Source: Bugula neritina
Taxonomy: Eukaryota > Animalia > Bryozoa
Length of the DNA stretch: 64,000 nucleotides
NCBI GenBank assembly: GCA_964035545.1
Contig: CAXIUT010000230.1
Location: 992,001-1,056,000 of the forward strand
Direction: 5' to 3'
In this document: positions 61,801 through 64,000 of the stretch, one piece after another
Layout: each line of letters opens with the position of its first letter
Position numbering within the stretch: the first letter of the stretch is position 1
The notes under the pieces: model-generated
The model's database searches: none
What the model was told of the DNA's origin: nothing
The model's input: only the letters and a program-made list of their open reading frames with translations
Translations under genes and position numbers: made by a program

Positions 61801-64000
61801 GACTGTGACATACTGAAATACACTGCAACATACTGCAAGATACCGCAACCGACTGAAATACACTGTAACATATTGAAATACACTGCATCATACTGCAACA
61901 TACTGAATTACACTGGAACATATTGATATACACTGCAACACATTGAAATATACTGCAACACACTGAAACATACGGCAATATACCAAAATATACTGCGACA
62001 CCTTGAAAAATACTGCAACATACAAAATATACTGCAAGTGGTGCAACATACTGAAATACAATGTGACACACTGGAATACACTGCAACATACTGCAAGATA
62101 CTGCAACGTACGGAAATACAGTGTAACTTATTGAATTACAGTGCATCATACTGCAACATACTGAGATACACTGGAACATATTGATATACACTGCAACACA
62201 TTGAAATATACTGCAACCCACTGAACCATATGACAACATACCGAAATTTACTGCGACACACTGAAAAACTTTGCAACATACGAATTATACTTCAAGTGGT
62301 GCAACATTCTGAAATACAATGTGACACACTGAAATACACTGCAACATACTGCAACATACTGCAACATACTGAAATGTTGTGCGACACATTGAAATATACT
62401 GCAACATATTGAAATATACTGTAACATACTGCAACATACTAAAATACACTGCAACATACTGAAATACATTGCAACACATTAAAATATACTGCGACATACT
62501 GAAACATACTGCAACACGCTGAAATATACTGCAACATACTGAAATACACTATAACATATTGAAATATACTGCAACATACTGAATTACACTCTAACATACT
62601 GAAATATGCTGTAGCATACTGAAATACACTGCAACACACTGAAGTATACTGTAATACACTGAAATGTAATGCAACATACTGAATTATACTGCAACATAGT
62701 GCAACATACTGAAATACACTGTGACACACTGAAATACACTGAAACATAATGCAACATACTGCAACATACTGAAATACACTGTAACATATCGAAATACACT
62801 GCAACATACTGCAACATACTGCAACATACTGAAATACACTACAACATACTGCAACATACTGAAATACACTGGAACATATTGAAATACACTGCGACACATT
62901 GAAACATACTGCAACATACTGAAATATACTGCAAGATACTGCAACATACTGAAACAGACTGTGACATACTGAAATACACTGCAACATGCTGCAAGATACC
63001 GCAACCTACTGAAATACACTGAAACATATTGAAATACACTGCATCATACTGCAACATACTGAATTACACTGGAGCATATTGATATACACTGCAACACATT
63101 GAAATATACTGCAACATACTGAAATACACTATAACATATTGAAACATAATGCAACATACTGCAACATACTGAAATACACTGTAACATATCGAAATACACT
63201 GCAACATACTGCAACATACTGCAACATACTGAAATACACTACAACATACTGCAACATACTGAAATACACTGGAACATATTGAAATACACTGCGACACATT
63301 GAAACATACTGCAACATACTGAAATATACTGCAAGATACTGCAACATACTGAAACAGACTGTGACATACTGAAATACACTGCAACATACTGCAAGATACC
63401 GCAACCTACTGAAATACGCTGAAACATATTGAAATACACTGCATCATACTGCAACATACTGAATTACACTGGAACATATTGATATACACTGCAACACATT
63501 GAAATATACTGCAACATACTGAAATACACTATAACATATTGAAATATACTGCAACATACTGAATTACACTCTAACATACTGAAATACGCTGCAGCATACT
63601 GAAATACACTGCAACACACTGAAGTATACTGTAATACACTGAAATGTAAAGCAAAATACTGAATTATACTGCAACATAGTGCAACATACTGAAATACACT
63701 ACAACATACTGAAATACACTGGAACATATTGAAATACACTGCGACACATTGAAACATACTGCAGCATACTGAAATATACTGCAAGATACTGCAACATACT
63801 GAAACAGACTGTGACATACTGAAATACACTGCAACATACTGCAAGATACCGCAACCGACTGAAATACACTGTAACATATTGAAATACACTGCATCATACT
63901 GCAACATACTGAATTACACTGGAACATATTGATATACACTGCAACACATTGAAATATACTGCAACACACTGAAACATACGGCAATATACCGAAATTTACT
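55885..64000. repeat. Same 10-bp satellite array, right arm; runs off the window end
   Basis: Same monomers, variants and orientation. It resumes in register directly after the insert (ACACATTGAAATATACTGCAAC...). Confidence 0.98.
56700..60400. repeat. Further ~1.2 copies of the 3079-bp HOR right of the insert
   Basis: ORFs 56846/59925 and 56991/60070 are offset by 3079, with the same variant order as in the 30-50 kb domain. Confidence 0.85.

Noticed and set aside
297-63984. Hundreds of Cys/Val/Tyr/Gln-rich ORFs (up to 358 aa, e.g. MLQYVAVCCS repeats), mostly on the minus strand
   Set aside because: The minus-strand consensus (ATGTTGCAGT/RTATTTCAGT) lacks stop codons, so all three frames stay open and overlap. 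A 10-bp unit is not codon-phased, and the 9-bp variants shift frame freely. These are satellite translation artefacts.
1-64000. CRISPR array or other repeat-spacer system
   Set aside because: Repeats are contiguous with no unique spacers, and there are no cas genes or prokaryotic gene structure.
1-64000. Canonical CENP-B box or telomere repeat in the satellite
   Set aside because: No TTCG....A..CGGG pattern was seen. The monomer lacks G-runs, is too heterogeneous and is HOR-structured, unlike telomerase products.

Overview
Eukaryotic-type satellite DNA window with no credible protein-coding or RNA gene. About 58.6 kb (1-50457 and 55885-64000) is a single-orientation tandem array of 10-bp monomers, mainly ACTGCAACAT alternating with ACTGAAATAY. 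The array is punctuated by 9-bp variant monomers around a CAAGTG motif. It is organised into nested higher-order repeats (HORs) and block duplications with periods of about 199, 400, 419, 1484, 1696, 3031, 3079, 4267 and 8609 bp, read from ORF-track offsets and shared variants. The array is interrupted once by a 5427-bp AT-rich, non-satellite insert (50458-55884) with 22-bp imperfect terminal inverted repeats (CACAGC...GCTGTG, 19/22 identical) and a 2-bp AC target-site duplication. An uninterrupted paralogous empty site lies at about 63.4-63.6 kb. The insert is best read as a non-autonomous cut-and-paste DNA transposon of the CMC/EnSpm (CACTA-like) type with no recognisable transposase. The hundreds of Cys/Val/Tyr/Gln-rich ORFs in the track are artefacts of the stop-free minus-strand satellite consensus. 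HOR boundaries are approximate, and the organism cannot be determined from the sequence alone.
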